Shown here: positions 38,563-48,084 of the stretch, in pieces | How positions within the stretch are numbered: the stretch's first letter is position 1 | Layout: every line of letters begins with the position of its first letter | IMG/VR virus record: IMGVR_UViG_3300023048_000001 | Span: 1 to 64,000 of that record | Direction: 5' to 3' (one strand) | Origin: a virus | Lineage: Duplodnaviria > Caudoviricetes | DNA: 64,000 nt | The notes under the pieces: model-generated | The model's input: only the letters and a program-made list of their open reading frames with translations | Database searches by the model: none | What the model was told of the DNA's origin: nothing | Made by a program: the position numbers and the translations under genes

Positions 38563-39150
38563 ATGCATATTGAATATAATAAAAATCCATTATACAGTGC
38601 TGTCGTTTTGAACGATACGGATAAAGAATTATTTAAACTTAAGATAAGAGTCTATGTCATGGAAAACATGCTATTAGATGGTGGTATCTATCTTGAAGAT
38701 ACGAAACATTTTGATTTAAAAATGGCAAGACGTTATCTATCAGTTACCTATAATGAGGATGGTGAAACGACTAGCATTGATACTAGAACTGATGAAATGT
38801 ATAAAATTCTTTCCAATGAATTATCATACATGCACTGTGGTGACTGTACATGTGTGGCAATGTCATGTGATAAATGTTTTGCTGAAGAAATATTGGGAAT
38901 TGATACTCTTAAAGGATTAGGTAAGCACTCAGCATATAAAATCGATGCCGCATTTGGTAGCAAAAATGAAAAGGATATTGATGAAGCACTGGAACATTTA
39001 AAAAATTATGATCCAACACCGAAAGACCCCGAAAAATGGGATCGTGTAGGAGGATATGAGCAATATATGGAACGTTGGAAGGCTGAAGGTAAAGTTGCTT
39101 ATGACTGGTTAGCCAACTATGCTAAAACTAATTTTGGAGTAGATGTATGA
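38563..39150 (+). CDS. Hypothetical protein with HCGDC-x5-SCDKC metal-binding motif
   Basis: 195-aa ORF with AAGGA RBS. Confidence 0.65.
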   Translation: MHIEYNKNPLYSAVVLNDTDKELFKLKIRVYVMENMLLDGGIYLEDTKHFDLKMARRYLSVTYNEDGETTSIDTRTDEMYKILSNELSYMHCGDCTCVAMSCDKCFAEEILGIDTLKGLGKHSAYKIDAAFGSKNEKDIDEALEHLKNYDPTPKDPEKWDRVGGYEQYMERWKAEGKVAYDWLANYAKTNFGVDV

Positions 39151-39542
39151 ATTACACAGTATTAGCATACAATGCAAGCTATTCGAACCGTTGTGGTGAT
39201 TATTATCGCAGTGATTTTGAATATGAAACTTTTACTGATCCTGATAAGGCAATTGAATTTGCTGCAAGATATTATCTTAGAAAGATGAATGACTCGGAGG
39301 ATTATGAATTAACATTCTTATTCAATGGTCTCCACAAGTGGCATATCGATGAAGAAGATGAAACTTACGCTAATCTTCCTGATATTGAAGATGCTGCATA
39401 CAGAATGGCATTGACCAAGAATGCTGCACTCAAAGCAGCCAAAGAAAAAGAACAGGCTGAAGCTCTTGCCAGACAGCAAGAACGTAAAAGAAACGAAGAT
39501 TTAAAATTACTCGCTCAACTAAAACAACAATATGGAGAATAA
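39147..39542 (+). CDS. Hypothetical protein
   Basis: ATGA overlap, GGAG RBS, C-terminal coiled coil. Confidence 0.6.
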   Translation: MNYTVLAYNASYSNRCGDYYRSDFEYETFTDPDKAIEFAARYYLRKMNDSEDYELTFLFNGLHKWHIDEEDETYANLPDIEDAAYRMALTKNAALKAAKEKEQAEALARQQERKRNEDLKLLAQLKQQYGE

Positions 39543-39543
39543 C

Positions 39544-39906
39544 ATGACAAAAGAACAGTATCTATCAATCAAAGCATCTTGGAAGAAATTCATTGCAGAT
39601 GGTCGTCACAAGAAATACAAGCAGCCATACACCGGCATTGCTTACGGCCCTTACAGGAAGATTGAATGCTTCTATTGGAAGTCCGATCTTGTAGCCATTC
39701 ATCATTACGTCTATGCACTAATTCGTCGTCGTGATCCTAAAACTATCTTCTCAGAGGCTAGTCTTAACACGGTAGAACAATTACTCAGATGGTATCGCCA
39801 TCGTTCATCTGAATCAGACATAGAGAATCATGTAAAGCCTTTACTTGCACCATTTGGTGAAAACTTCACATTTGATATGTTCAAAGAGTTGGTTGCTAAA
39901 GTTTAA
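39544..39906 (+). CDS. Hypothetical protein
   Basis: GGAG RBS at 39533-36 favours ATG 39544. Confidence 0.6.
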   Translation: MTKEQYLSIKASWKKFIADGRHKKYKQPYTGIAYGPYRKIECFYWKSDLVAIHHYVYALIRRRDPKTIFSEASLNTVEQLLRWYRHRSSESDIENHVKPLLAPFGENFTFDMFKELVAKV

Positions 39907-39919
39907 CTAGCACATAAAG

Positions 39920-39946
39920 AAAGCCCACCATTCGGTGGGCTTTTGT
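39920..39946. terminator. Bidirectional intrinsic terminator
   Basis: AAAGCCCACC-ATTC-GGTGGGCTTT between convergent genes. Confidence 0.85.
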
Positions 39947-41137
39947 TTAGCTAATCTCGTTAATTACCGTTGATGTTGACGGGTTAACTGATACCGTCAG
40001 GGTGTAGATGATAACAATTTCATCATCTGCACTCTTACGAATAGGAGAGAAGACCAAGTGAGTTAGTAAGCGCTCGCGCTCATTAGCTGTAGTAATAGAA
40101 TCATTTGCACTACCAGCATCCTTGCCCGGTACTACTGCATAATTCACATTGCCACAAATACCAACTGAAAGATTATTAAAGAAGTCATTAACATTTCCTG
40201 ATGTACAGGATAGCGAGACTGAAGATGCCGCACCAGTTGCTTTACTTTCAAAATTTAGAAAACCATATGACTGAAGTGAAAGAATAGATGGATATGTTCC
40301 ATTAGTAACATCAGTGATATAGACAAAAACATGATCGTTAATCTGGTCACCGCTTACAATCCAACCACCACCATTAATACCTTCACAGATATCACCATAA
40401 GTGATTTCACCTGCAAGGCCTGTACCCGAGCTAGGAAGCTTCAGTACAGCATTAAAGATTGTGCCATCAACGGTTAGGGTGATGTTATATTGCCCATTTG
40501 GAGATAGTGTAGAGACATCAGAAGACTTCTTGTCACCAACATTGACCGTAGCATAGCCGGAAGAATCACGAGCAGGCTGACCCGCAGTGTATAGCCCGAT
40601 TTCATCAAAGTCGAAGTATTCATCAGCAGCACCTTGTGATGCATCAGTAATGCTTGCGACCTGACCATCAGGCTCATTCTGGTTTAAATAAACAGTGACA
40701 ATAACGTTTGATTTTGTACCAACTTCCTGAGAAACTGTGTTATCTGTACCACTATCATCACTAGGAACAGCACCACCACCGGGACGGACGTTATTAGCAT
40801 CAGCAGAACCCGGATCAGTACCAACTAGTGCACTGGTCTCATCAACGATTTCAGAATATGTTTCGTTATAAAGGCGAGACTCCCAACCGCTCCCATCACG
40901 GCCATCATTGGCTGGGCGATACACAGTCTGGCCGCTGGAATCAGTAAAAGTACCACCATTACCAAAAGCCATGCGATAGACATAATAATTATCTTCCTTG
41001 GCTAATGCTCTAGCGATAACACGAGTCATGTTTTGTGGATGAATTGCATTATACTGGTCTAATAGAACTTTCCCAGTTTTAAGGCTTTTTGCCAGAACAT
41101 GACCGGTAATGCTGACATTAAAATTTTCGTTACTCAT
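39947..41137 (-). CDS. Virion structural protein (baseplate/fibre-attachment type)
   Basis: Start revised to 41137 (MSNENF), with GGAG RBS and a late promoter at 41163-41170; MAFGNGG...FDEIGLY...LLTHLVFSPIRKS...IIYTL motifs of myovirus baseplate-associated proteins. Confidence 0.65.
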   Translation of the reverse strand: MSNENFNVSITGHVLAKSLKTGKVLLDQYNAIHPQNMTRVIARALAKEDNYYVYRMAFGNGGTFTDSSGQTVYRPANDGRDGSGWESRLYNETYSEIVDETSALVGTDPGSADANNVRPGGGAVPSDDSGTDNTVSQEVGTKSNVIVTVYLNQNEPDGQVASITDASQGAADEYFDFDEIGLYTAGQPARDSSGYATVNVGDKKSSDVSTLSPNGQYNITLTVDGTIFNAVLKLPSSGTGLAGEITYGDICEGINGGGWIVSGDQINDHVFVYITDVTNGTYPSILSLQSYGFLNFESKATGAASSVSLSCTSGNVNDFFNNLSVGICGNVNYAVVPGKDAGSANDSITTANERERLLTHLVFSPIRKSADDEIVIIYTLTVSVNPSTSTVINEIS

Positions 41138-41225
41138 TAAATAGATTGCTCCAAGATATCTGTATTTATCGTTGTTGAAAACATGAGGATATGGTATGTT
41201 TGCAATCATTTTCACGGAGAACATT

Positions 41226-42416
41226 ATGGGTGGTAACGCAATTAAAGATGCAAGACGTGTCCCTAAAGAGGAATATGTACAGTTATGCCATGAATTACAT
41301 GAACTATTCCCCGAGTTAAAGATGAAACCGGTCAAGGCATATAGACAGAAGCCGGATTTTGGTGATATTGATATCGTGGTAGAAACAAGCCCTACGTTGG
41401 ATATCCCAGCATTAATCAAAGAACGTATGGGTCCAGACTTGACCTATTATCACAACAATATGTTCTTTTCCTTTGAATATAAGGGTGTTCAGGTTGATTT
41501 CATTTCTATGAGTCCAGACATCTTCCTTTCTGCATTAAATTACTTTGCATGGAATGATTTGGGTAATTTTATTGGTCGAACTGCCCGCTCAGTTAATTTC
41601 AAGTATGGACATGAAGGCTTGATGTATGAACTACGTCTTGGTGACCACTACAAGCAAGCTATCACTGTATCTACAGATACTAAAGCTATCCTTGAGTTTC
41701 TAGGGTATGAATATGCTCCTTGGGAGACTGGGTTTGATACCGAAGATGAAATCTTTACTTATGCTGCAAGTAGCACTATCTTCAATTCATTGTATTTCGA
41801 TCTTGACGAACAGGGCCACAATGACCGTGTAAGAAATAGAAAGAGAAAGATGTATCAGAAGATGTTGGCTTACCTTGAAGCTAATGGTATTAAACCTAAG
41901 TCAAAGAAGACATCAGAAGAGTGTAAAGAATTTTATGAACTAGCCAGAAAGGTATTTGGTGATGCATTCCACAAAATCGTATTAAGCGAAACTGAAAAAT
42001 ATGAAAAGGGATTAAAATTTAAAGAAGTCTACAATGGTGATATAGTTTCGGAAATTACTGGTCTAACTGGTAAAGACCTTGGCACATTTATGAGTACCTT
42101 GAAGAACAATGAAGTATGGATGGGTGAATCTGCATGGGATAGATTTATTGATGCTTGTCTTGAAGACGAATATTATGCAACTGATGCTATCGGTGCGCAT
42201 ATTGATAGAACATTTGTACATAAACAGTTATTACTATCACCAGATGAAAAGAAAGCTATAACAGATTCATTGGATGGTGAAACATTAATCTATGGTACAT
42301 CGTCGCAGAGTGCTGGAATAGATGTTGCAATTCACAAAGCTGGCGACAAATTATATCGTTACATCTATCATTATTATACTAAAACTGATATTATCGAAGA
42401 ACTTATGTACAGGTGA
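41226..42416 (+). CDS. Nucleotidyltransferase (Pol beta/PolX superfamily)
   Basis: MGGNA start after GGAG RBS; FGDIDIV and VQVDFI catalytic motifs; sigma70-like TTGTTG-17-TATGTT at 41172-41200. Confidence 0.75.
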   Translation: MGGNAIKDARRVPKEEYVQLCHELHELFPELKMKPVKAYRQKPDFGDIDIVVETSPTLDIPALIKERMGPDLTYYHNNMFFSFEYKGVQVDFISMSPDIFLSALNYFAWNDLGNFIGRTARSVNFKYGHEGLMYELRLGDHYKQAITVSTDTKAILEFLGYEYAPWETGFDTEDEIFTYAASSTIFNSLYFDLDEQGHNDRVRNRKRKMYQKMLAYLEANGIKPKSKKTSEECKEFYELARKVFGDAFHKIVLSETEKYEKGLKFKEVYNGDIVSEITGLTGKDLGTFMSTLKNNEVWMGESAWDRFIDACLEDEYYATDAIGAHIDRTFVHKQLLLSPDEKKAITDSLDGETLIYGTSSQSAGIDVAIHKAGDKLYRYIYHYYTKTDIIEELMYR

Positions 42417-42426
42417 ACAGGTTTAA

Positions 42427-42789
42427 ATGGAATACTATATTTTTACAGAAAATAATGAGTGGGAAGGCGAGATTTGGAACTTCTACATCCCTATGACTAA
42501 ATCTCATAGGGATGCAGTTGATGCGCTGATTCAATCTACTGATGAATTTGATAGTCCTTACTCAATATCTACTCATAGTCTTAGTGAGAGCGAAGTTGAA
42601 GACTTGACTGATGATGCAGACGATGAAGGTTACATGCCTTCAGATATCAAATGTGAGCCTATCAACCCTCGTTTAGTTGAACTATTTCCAATCATCGATA
42701 TCACCAAGAATGACCCATTCTACAAGGGTGCTTGTTGGTTGAATGAAGATTTTGATGTGGATTTAGATGAAGACGGTGAAGATGAATGA
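42427..42789 (+). CDS. Hypothetical acidic protein
   Basis: 120-aa ORF in the operon. Confidence 0.6.
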   Translation: MEYYIFTENNEWEGEIWNFYIPMTKSHRDAVDALIQSTDEFDSPYSISTHSLSESEVEDLTDDADDEGYMPSDIKCEPINPRLVELFPIIDITKNDPFYKGACWLNEDFDVDLDEDGEDE

Positions 42790-43019
42790 GAAGAATGACT
42801 TGGACTGAATTACAAGATAGTGGATTGCTGTGGTGGATCAATAGAATCCTCCACACTTTTGGGGTTGCTATAGTAATTTCTAAAAATGCAGAGGGATTAA
42901 TTGATGGAGTATATCCAGCAGAAGTTGACTTCAGAGGGTTCTCCGAAGAATCTGAAGCCAACGGATATGCAAAGGTGAATACCTTTATTAAACAGAAATT
43001 CGGAGCAACTGATGAATAA
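42786..43019 (+). CDS. Hypothetical protein
   Basis: 77 aa, overlaps both neighbours; GLLWWINRILHTFG...FRGFSE. Confidence 0.6.
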   Translation: MRRMTWTELQDSGLLWWINRILHTFGVAIVISKNAEGLIDGVYPAEVDFRGFSEESEANGYAKVNTFIKQKFGATDE

Positions 43020-44007
43020 TTTTGATTTACAATACACAAATGTAATGAAGCGCGTCATCGACACTGGTGTTGATCGTCCAGACCGTACCGGAATAGGCTC
43101 TAGAGCCATTTGGGGTGCTATGGTAGACGTTGACTTGGCTGATGGTTTCCCGATCCCTACAACGCGAAAGACAACGTTTAGGATCGCTTTTGAGGAAACT
43201 TGGTGGATGCTTCGTGGTGAGACGGACACAAAGAAGCTTGAAGAGAAGAAGATCAATATCTGGAAGGGGAATACGACCAGAGAGTTCCTTGATAATCGTG
43301 GACTACATCGCCTTCCCGAAGGCCACATGGGTAAAGGATACGGGTTTCAGTGGAGAAACTTTGGTGGTAATTATAAAATAGAAAAGATTTATAATTCTTT
43401 CTCTGAAGTTGTAGATGAGAATGGAAACATCCTGATATCAAAAGAAGCATTTGATGAATTCAATGATCCATTCTTTACAAATACCAGATATGATTACACT
43501 AAATCAGATGGTAAAGGTATTGATCAGATAATCAATGTCCTTGAAGGTATGAAGAAAGACCCGAATGGTCGTCGTCATATCATTTCAGGGTGGAATCCAC
43601 AACAGCTTCATGAAATGGCTCTCCCACCATGCCACTTGTACAATCAGTATCAAATCCTTAATGGAAAGCTGAACTCATCCTTCGTGATGCGCTCACATGA
43701 TTGGCTCTATGGTGGTCCATTCAATTTTATGGGATACGCTTTGCTTAATATTGCTTTTGCAAAGTACCTTGGACTTGAACCCGGACATCTAACCTACTTT
43801 GGTAATGATGTTCACATTTATGACAACCAAATTGAAATGGCTAAGGAACAGGTTCTAAGAGACTCATTCGATCTACCAAAGATTGAATTGGTTAAGCCAG
43901 TGAAGACCTTAGATGACTTATTCGGACTACAACATGAGGATTTCGTATTCACAACTGAATATAAAGCTCATCCAGACTTCAAGAATAAGCCTAAAATGGC
44001 AGTTTAA
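43012..44007 (+). CDS. thyA: Thymidylate synthase
   Basis: DRTGIG, YGFQWR, RRHI, ALPPCH, RSHD..GGPFN, DVHIY. Confidence 0.96.
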   Translation: MNNFDLQYTNVMKRVIDTGVDRPDRTGIGSRAIWGAMVDVDLADGFPIPTTRKTTFRIAFEETWWMLRGETDTKKLEEKKINIWKGNTTREFLDNRGLHRLPEGHMGKGYGFQWRNFGGNYKIEKIYNSFSEVVDENGNILISKEAFDEFNDPFFTNTRYDYTKSDGKGIDQIINVLEGMKKDPNGRRHIISGWNPQQLHEMALPPCHLYNQYQILNGKLNSSFVMRSHDWLYGGPFNFMGYALLNIAFAKYLGLEPGHLTYFGNDVHIYDNQIEMAKEQVLRDSFDLPKIELVKPVKTLDDLFGLQHEDFVFTTEYKAHPDFKNKPKMAV

Positions 44008-44033
44008 AAAAAGCCCGCTTTCGCGGGCTTTTT
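44008..44033. terminator. Bidirectional intrinsic terminator
   Basis: AAAAAGCCCGC-TTTC-GCGGGCTTTTT. Confidence 0.9.
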
Positions 44034-44034
44034 A

Positions 44035-47000
44035 TTATAGGTATTTCTTAATACTGAAGTTATCCCACATATAGACATCACCGGTTCCTATACCCGAGTT
44101 GGTTGAACCACTGGTTAGCGTAGTTGGTGTTAATACCATCGAGAACTGTGTTGCAGAAGATGGGAAGGTAACATAAGTGACAAATGTTCCAGTACCATTT
44201 AAGTTATTGGAAGTAGAATAATATGTATTTGTACCATCACCAATGTTTACATTCAAATACTGAACAGCAGCATTCGTTGCTAGATAATCAAATTGTATTT
44301 TGTAGGTAATGGCTTGAGTGTTTGAGATTGCTCCACTCAATTTTGCTGTTACTGTACCCAATGCCAATGATACTGTGGACACTAATCTACCAGCATTAAT
44401 ACTCAACACACAGTTAGTACCACTGAATGCCGATGGTACTGAACCTGTTGAGAATGTACCATCAGTAACCAATTCTGGACCTGCCGCAGTTAATGTAACT
44501 GATGGTGTTAGCGTTGGTGTCACTGATCGTGTTTGTGTTAATGATGGTGTGATTGATAATGTTGGCGTTACTGTTGGTGTAATCGTTCTGGTCACTGTAA
44601 TTGAAGGTGTTGCGGTTACACTCGGAGTCACTGATTTGGTTGGTGTTACCGATGGTGTGATTGAAATAGTTGGTGAAACTGTTAATGTAGGTGTAACAGT
44701 TGGTGATACCGTCTTGGTAACGCTTGGTGTTACGGTAATTGTACCCGTCACTGATGGGGTCGCTGTCAATGTTGGCGTTGTTGTCAGCGTTGGGCTCATT
44801 GTTGGTGAAAGTGTCAGCGTAGGCGTCACAGCCATTGAAGTGGTTGCAGTAACTGATGGCGTAACTGTTATTGTCTGTGTCACTGTTGGTGATGGTGTTG
44901 GCGTTGGGGTATCGGTCAACGTTGGAGTAACAGTCACACTTGGTGTCACGGTAATCGTTGGTGAAGCTGTCACGGTATTTGTCACTGTTGGCGTGAATGT
45001 CACGCTTGGTGTCATTGAAATAGTGGATGTCAATGTTGGCGTAACAGTTAATGTAGGACTCAATGTAACTGATGGGGTTAATGTGATTGTTGGTGTAATT
45101 GATGCTGTAACTGTTGGTGTTACCGTTACTGATGGTGTAGTAGTGGTGGATGGTGTTGTTGTTACCGATGGAGTCACCGAAATGGTTTGAGTCACTGATG
45201 GTGAAACTGTTGGGGTAGGTGTTGCTGTCATACCTGAAGTGCCAGTAACTGATGGTGTTACTGTATTTGTAGGTGTAAGTGTTGGTGACACGGTTGCAGT
45301 TACAGAAGGCGTCATTGATGCTGTAGTTGAAATTGTTGGTGTGACTGTTGGCGTAGCTGACAATGAGATGGTAGCCGTGACTGATGGTGTCACCGTCACT
45401 GAAGCTGTTGGTGTTGGTGATTCAGTTAATGTTGGTGTAGCAGTCATTGTTGGAGTCAATGTAACGGATGGAGTCACAGAAATTGACTGCGTAACTGTTG
45501 GACTTAAGGTTACCGATGGCGTTGCAGTCATTGATGGCGTCAACGTAACTGATGGCGTAACTGATACTGACTGAGTTTGTGTTGGTGTTGGGGTTACTGC
45601 TGGTGTATCAGTAACGGTAGGTGTCATAGTAACGCTTGGTGTAAGTGTTGGTGAAACTGTTTGTGTAACTGTTGGAGTCATTGATGGAGACACAGTAAGC
45701 GTGGCTGTAGTTGTTGGTGTAGGTGTAACAGCCGGAGTATCTGTCATCGTAGGCGTAACAGTAAATGATGGTGTTACCGTAGTGGATGCGGTTTGTGTTG
45801 GTGTAATTGTAGGTGACGGTGTAGCCGTCACTGAAGGACTTAATGAAACAGTAGCCGTGATAGTTGGTGTAATAGTTGCACTTACTGTCTGTGTAACAGT
45901 TGGAGTTACCGTAGGTGTTATTGTCGTAGTCGTTGTTGGTGTAGGGGTTGGACTATCTGACACTGTAGGTGTAATCGTAGCTGTAACGGATGGTGTTACA
46001 GACGCAGTTTCAGAAATAGTTGGGGTTACAGTCAATGTGGGTGTTGATGAAACTCCCGGAGTATTTGTCACTGTAACTGTAGGCGTCACAGACGCGCTCA
46101 CAGAAGCCGTCTGTGATGGTGTTAATGAGATTGTAGGCGTAACTGTAGAAGTCGCTGTAGGCGTTAGTGAGGCAGTCACAGATATGGTTGGCGTGACTGT
46201 TGCCGTAATAGAACTTGTAACTGATGGTGTTAGTGAGGGGCTGACTGTTGTAGACACGGTAGGAGTTGGAGTTACCGTAGCTGAAGCACTTAATGAAAGG
46301 CTTGGGCTGATGGTAACCGTAGCCGTTACAGTAGGGGTTGGTGATTTAGTTGTAGTTGGCGTATTTGATGGAGCCACCAGCGTACCACTTGGAGCCATCG
46401 TTGGGGTTACTGTCACAGATGGTGTAGCGGTGGTGGTTGGTGTTGGAGTTACAGGGACGTTATCACGAGTCACTTTATAGAATGCCAAATCTTCTATAAA
46501 GTATTGTTTTGTTCTAGCAGCAGGAATCTTATAGTTTGCATCATCAAATAATTTTATAGTTAATGTAAGATTGCTATCAGAAGGCATGTAAAGATAATAA
46601 GAAATTCTTCCACTATCACGGATAGGACAATAGATCATCAAATCTTGTTGTAGATCGGAAATAGAATCACCAAACAAGAAGGGGTTATTTGATGATAATG
46701 TTACGATGGCATATCGACATATACCTTGTTCATAGTCAAACGAGAAATGATAGTAGTTATTACCCGAAACCGGCATATTACTTGCTGTAAAGGTAGGGAA
46801 CTGAGTTTTGTTGGCTGAAGCAGAAATCAACTGAATCTGATTCTTACCATTCTGAAATCCAGTTTTAGTAGTGCCATAAGCTGGAACCCACTGATTAATG
46901 TTTTTGAACCAATTATCTATAGCCATCCAAGTCATTGTAGGAGTCATGGTAGGTGTGGCAGTAGCAGCAGGGGTCTTGGTAGGCTGTCTAGACGGTGTTA

Positions 47001-47196
47001 CCGTGGGTGTTGGTGTACGTGTTACTAGGGATGCAGCAGTCAGATAGGCATTGGTGGTAAGAACAGTGTATGTCTTCCCTTTGGATACTATTACGTATGA
47101 GATTAGAACACCATTTGTATAGTTGATTGATGTGACCGCACCATACATTACAATAGTACCACTTAGAAAATATACAAAATCGCCAATTTTAAACAT
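44035..47196 (-). CDS. Mucin-like virion fibre protein with a ~650-aa PTS stalk and CBM-like tip
   Basis: N-terminal ~250 aa paralogous to 51272..55909 (YYHFSFDYEQGICRY vs YYNFNFDYEQGTMRY); C-terminal ELVTDGTF...WDNFSIK; late promoter at 47220-47227. Confidence 0.8.
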   Translation of the reverse strand: MFKIGDFVYFLSGTIVMYGAVTSINYTNGVLISYVIVSKGKTYTVLTTNAYLTAASLVTRTPTPTVTPSRQPTKTPAATATPTMTPTMTWMAIDNWFKNINQWVPAYGTTKTGFQNGKNQIQLISASANKTQFPTFTASNMPVSGNNYYHFSFDYEQGICRYAIVTLSSNNPFLFGDSISDLQQDLMIYCPIRDSGRISYYLYMPSDSNLTLTIKLFDDANYKIPAARTKQYFIEDLAFYKVTRDNVPVTPTPTTTATPSVTVTPTMAPSGTLVAPSNTPTTTKSPTPTVTATVTISPSLSLSASATVTPTPTVSTTVSPSLTPSVTSSITATVTPTISVTASLTPTATSTVTPTISLTPSQTASVSASVTPTVTVTNTPGVSSTPTLTVTPTISETASVTPSVTATITPTVSDSPTPTPTTTTTITPTVTPTVTQTVSATITPTITATVSLSPSVTATPSPTITPTQTASTTVTPSFTVTPTMTDTPAVTPTPTTTATLTVSPSMTPTVTQTVSPTLTPSVTMTPTVTDTPAVTPTPTQTQSVSVTPSVTLTPSMTATPSVTLSPTVTQSISVTPSVTLTPTMTATPTLTESPTPTASVTVTPSVTATISLSATPTVTPTISTTASMTPSVTATVSPTLTPTNTVTPSVTGTSGMTATPTPTVSPSVTQTISVTPSVTTTPSTTTTPSVTVTPTVTASITPTITLTPSVTLSPTLTVTPTLTSTISMTPSVTFTPTVTNTVTASPTITVTPSVTVTPTLTDTPTPTPSPTVTQTITVTPSVTATTSMAVTPTLTLSPTMSPTLTTTPTLTATPSVTGTITVTPSVTKTVSPTVTPTLTVSPTISITPSVTPTKSVTPSVTATPSITVTRTITPTVTPTLSITPSLTQTRSVTPTLTPSVTLTAAGPELVTDGTFSTGSVPSAFSGTNCVLSINAGRLVSTVSLALGTVTAKLSGAISNTQAITYKIQFDYLATNAAVQYLNVNIGDGTNTYYSTSNNLNGTGTFVTYVTFPSSATQFSMVLTPTTLTSGSTNSGIGTGDVYMWDNFSIKKYL
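44488..46455 (-). repeat. Degenerate coding repeat for ~650 aa of (T/S)-X dipeptides
   Basis: Continuous TPSVT/TPTIT/TATPT tract in the translation. Confidence 0.9.
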
Positions 47197-47240
47197 GCCT
47201 ATCCTTGGATTATGGAAATTATTTATTTAAATGAGAAATA

Positions 47241-47266
47241 AAAAGGGAACCTTTCGGCTCCCTTTT
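47241..47266 (-). terminator. Intrinsic terminator
   Basis: Minus strand AAAAGGGAGCC-GAAA-GGTTCCCTTTT (G-U pair, GNRA loop). Confidence 0.8.
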
Positions 47267-47305
47267 AATAGGCATTTTCGGCAAATCTTTAATATGTGAT
47301 ATAAA

Positions 47306-48076
47306 TCACATTTCTGCTGGCTCATCAGGAACTACAGCCATAGGAATATCTGGTGTAGGTTCAGGGGTCACTACTGGCGGAGGTGTAGGTGTAATGTCTA
47401 CAATCAAATCATCAGGATAAGTCATATTCCAAATAGCAACCCATTTAGGATCAGTAATTTTTGGTTTAACTAATTCAGTTCTATCAGAGAAATACTGACA
47501 ATAACTGAACAATAGTTGCTGATCTGTGATCTGTGTAAAGAAAGTAGAGTCATCTAATTCGGTAGCCCAAAAATAAATCAAATCTTGAGTAACGATAAAT
47601 GGTGCAAATCTATCATGGTCAGAAGCACGGATATATTTAACCCAACTGGACATGATAGAGGGTTCGGTCACATAATCAATTACAGTATCATAAATCTGGA
47701 ACACTGTAGCCCACATGTATGCACTAAATGAGGTCAACTGAGTAAAATCAAAATAATTGGAAAGAGTAGCAGCATCAAAAGTTTGACCAGAAGCAACTAC
47801 AGTGCATTTTGTTACAAAGGTAGCCAAAGGGTCAAATGCATAACTAGCAACATCACTTTCATCAAATGATACAATAACAAAGGTAGGGCCATCGAAATAG
47901 TCTAAATGTCCATTAACTTCAGCAACTAAAATTCCCGGAGGATTATAGTAGTAATACCCTGAATTATCGTCATAGATTTTAGTTGAGTCAAAGGTATATA
48001 CATCACCGGGTGTCGTAGACAAGGCCGCATGATATCCATCTTCTACAGTGTAAATTTTTCTTATAGCGTATTTCAT
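47306..48076 (-). CDS. Hypothetical fibre-associated protein
   Basis: 256 aa directly downstream of the propeller gene; short Trp-containing helical repeats and a Pro-rich tail. Confidence 0.55.
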   Translation of the reverse strand: MKYAIRKIYTVEDGYHAALSTTPGDVYTFDSTKIYDDNSGYYYYNPPGILVAEVNGHLDYFDGPTFVIVSFDESDVASYAFDPLATFVTKCTVVASGQTFDAATLSNYFDFTQLTSFSAYMWATVFQIYDTVIDYVTEPSIMSSWVKYIRASDHDRFAPFIVTQDLIYFWATELDDSTFFTQITDQQLLFSYCQYFSDRTELVKPKITDPKWVAIWNMTYPDDLIVDITPTPPPVVTPEPTPDIPMAVVPDEPAEM

Positions 48077-48084
48077 ATATTTCC

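Noticed and set aside
41138-41419. N-terminal extension of the 490-aa track ORF overlapping the NTase gene
   Set aside because: The RBS and late promoter place the start at 41137; the extension is antisense to a well-supported gene.
43012-44007. dCMP hydroxymethylase feeding DNA glycosylation
   Set aside because: It retains the ThyA Asn (PFN) and canonical motifs; no base-modifying synthase in this window, though one elsewhere cannot be excluded.
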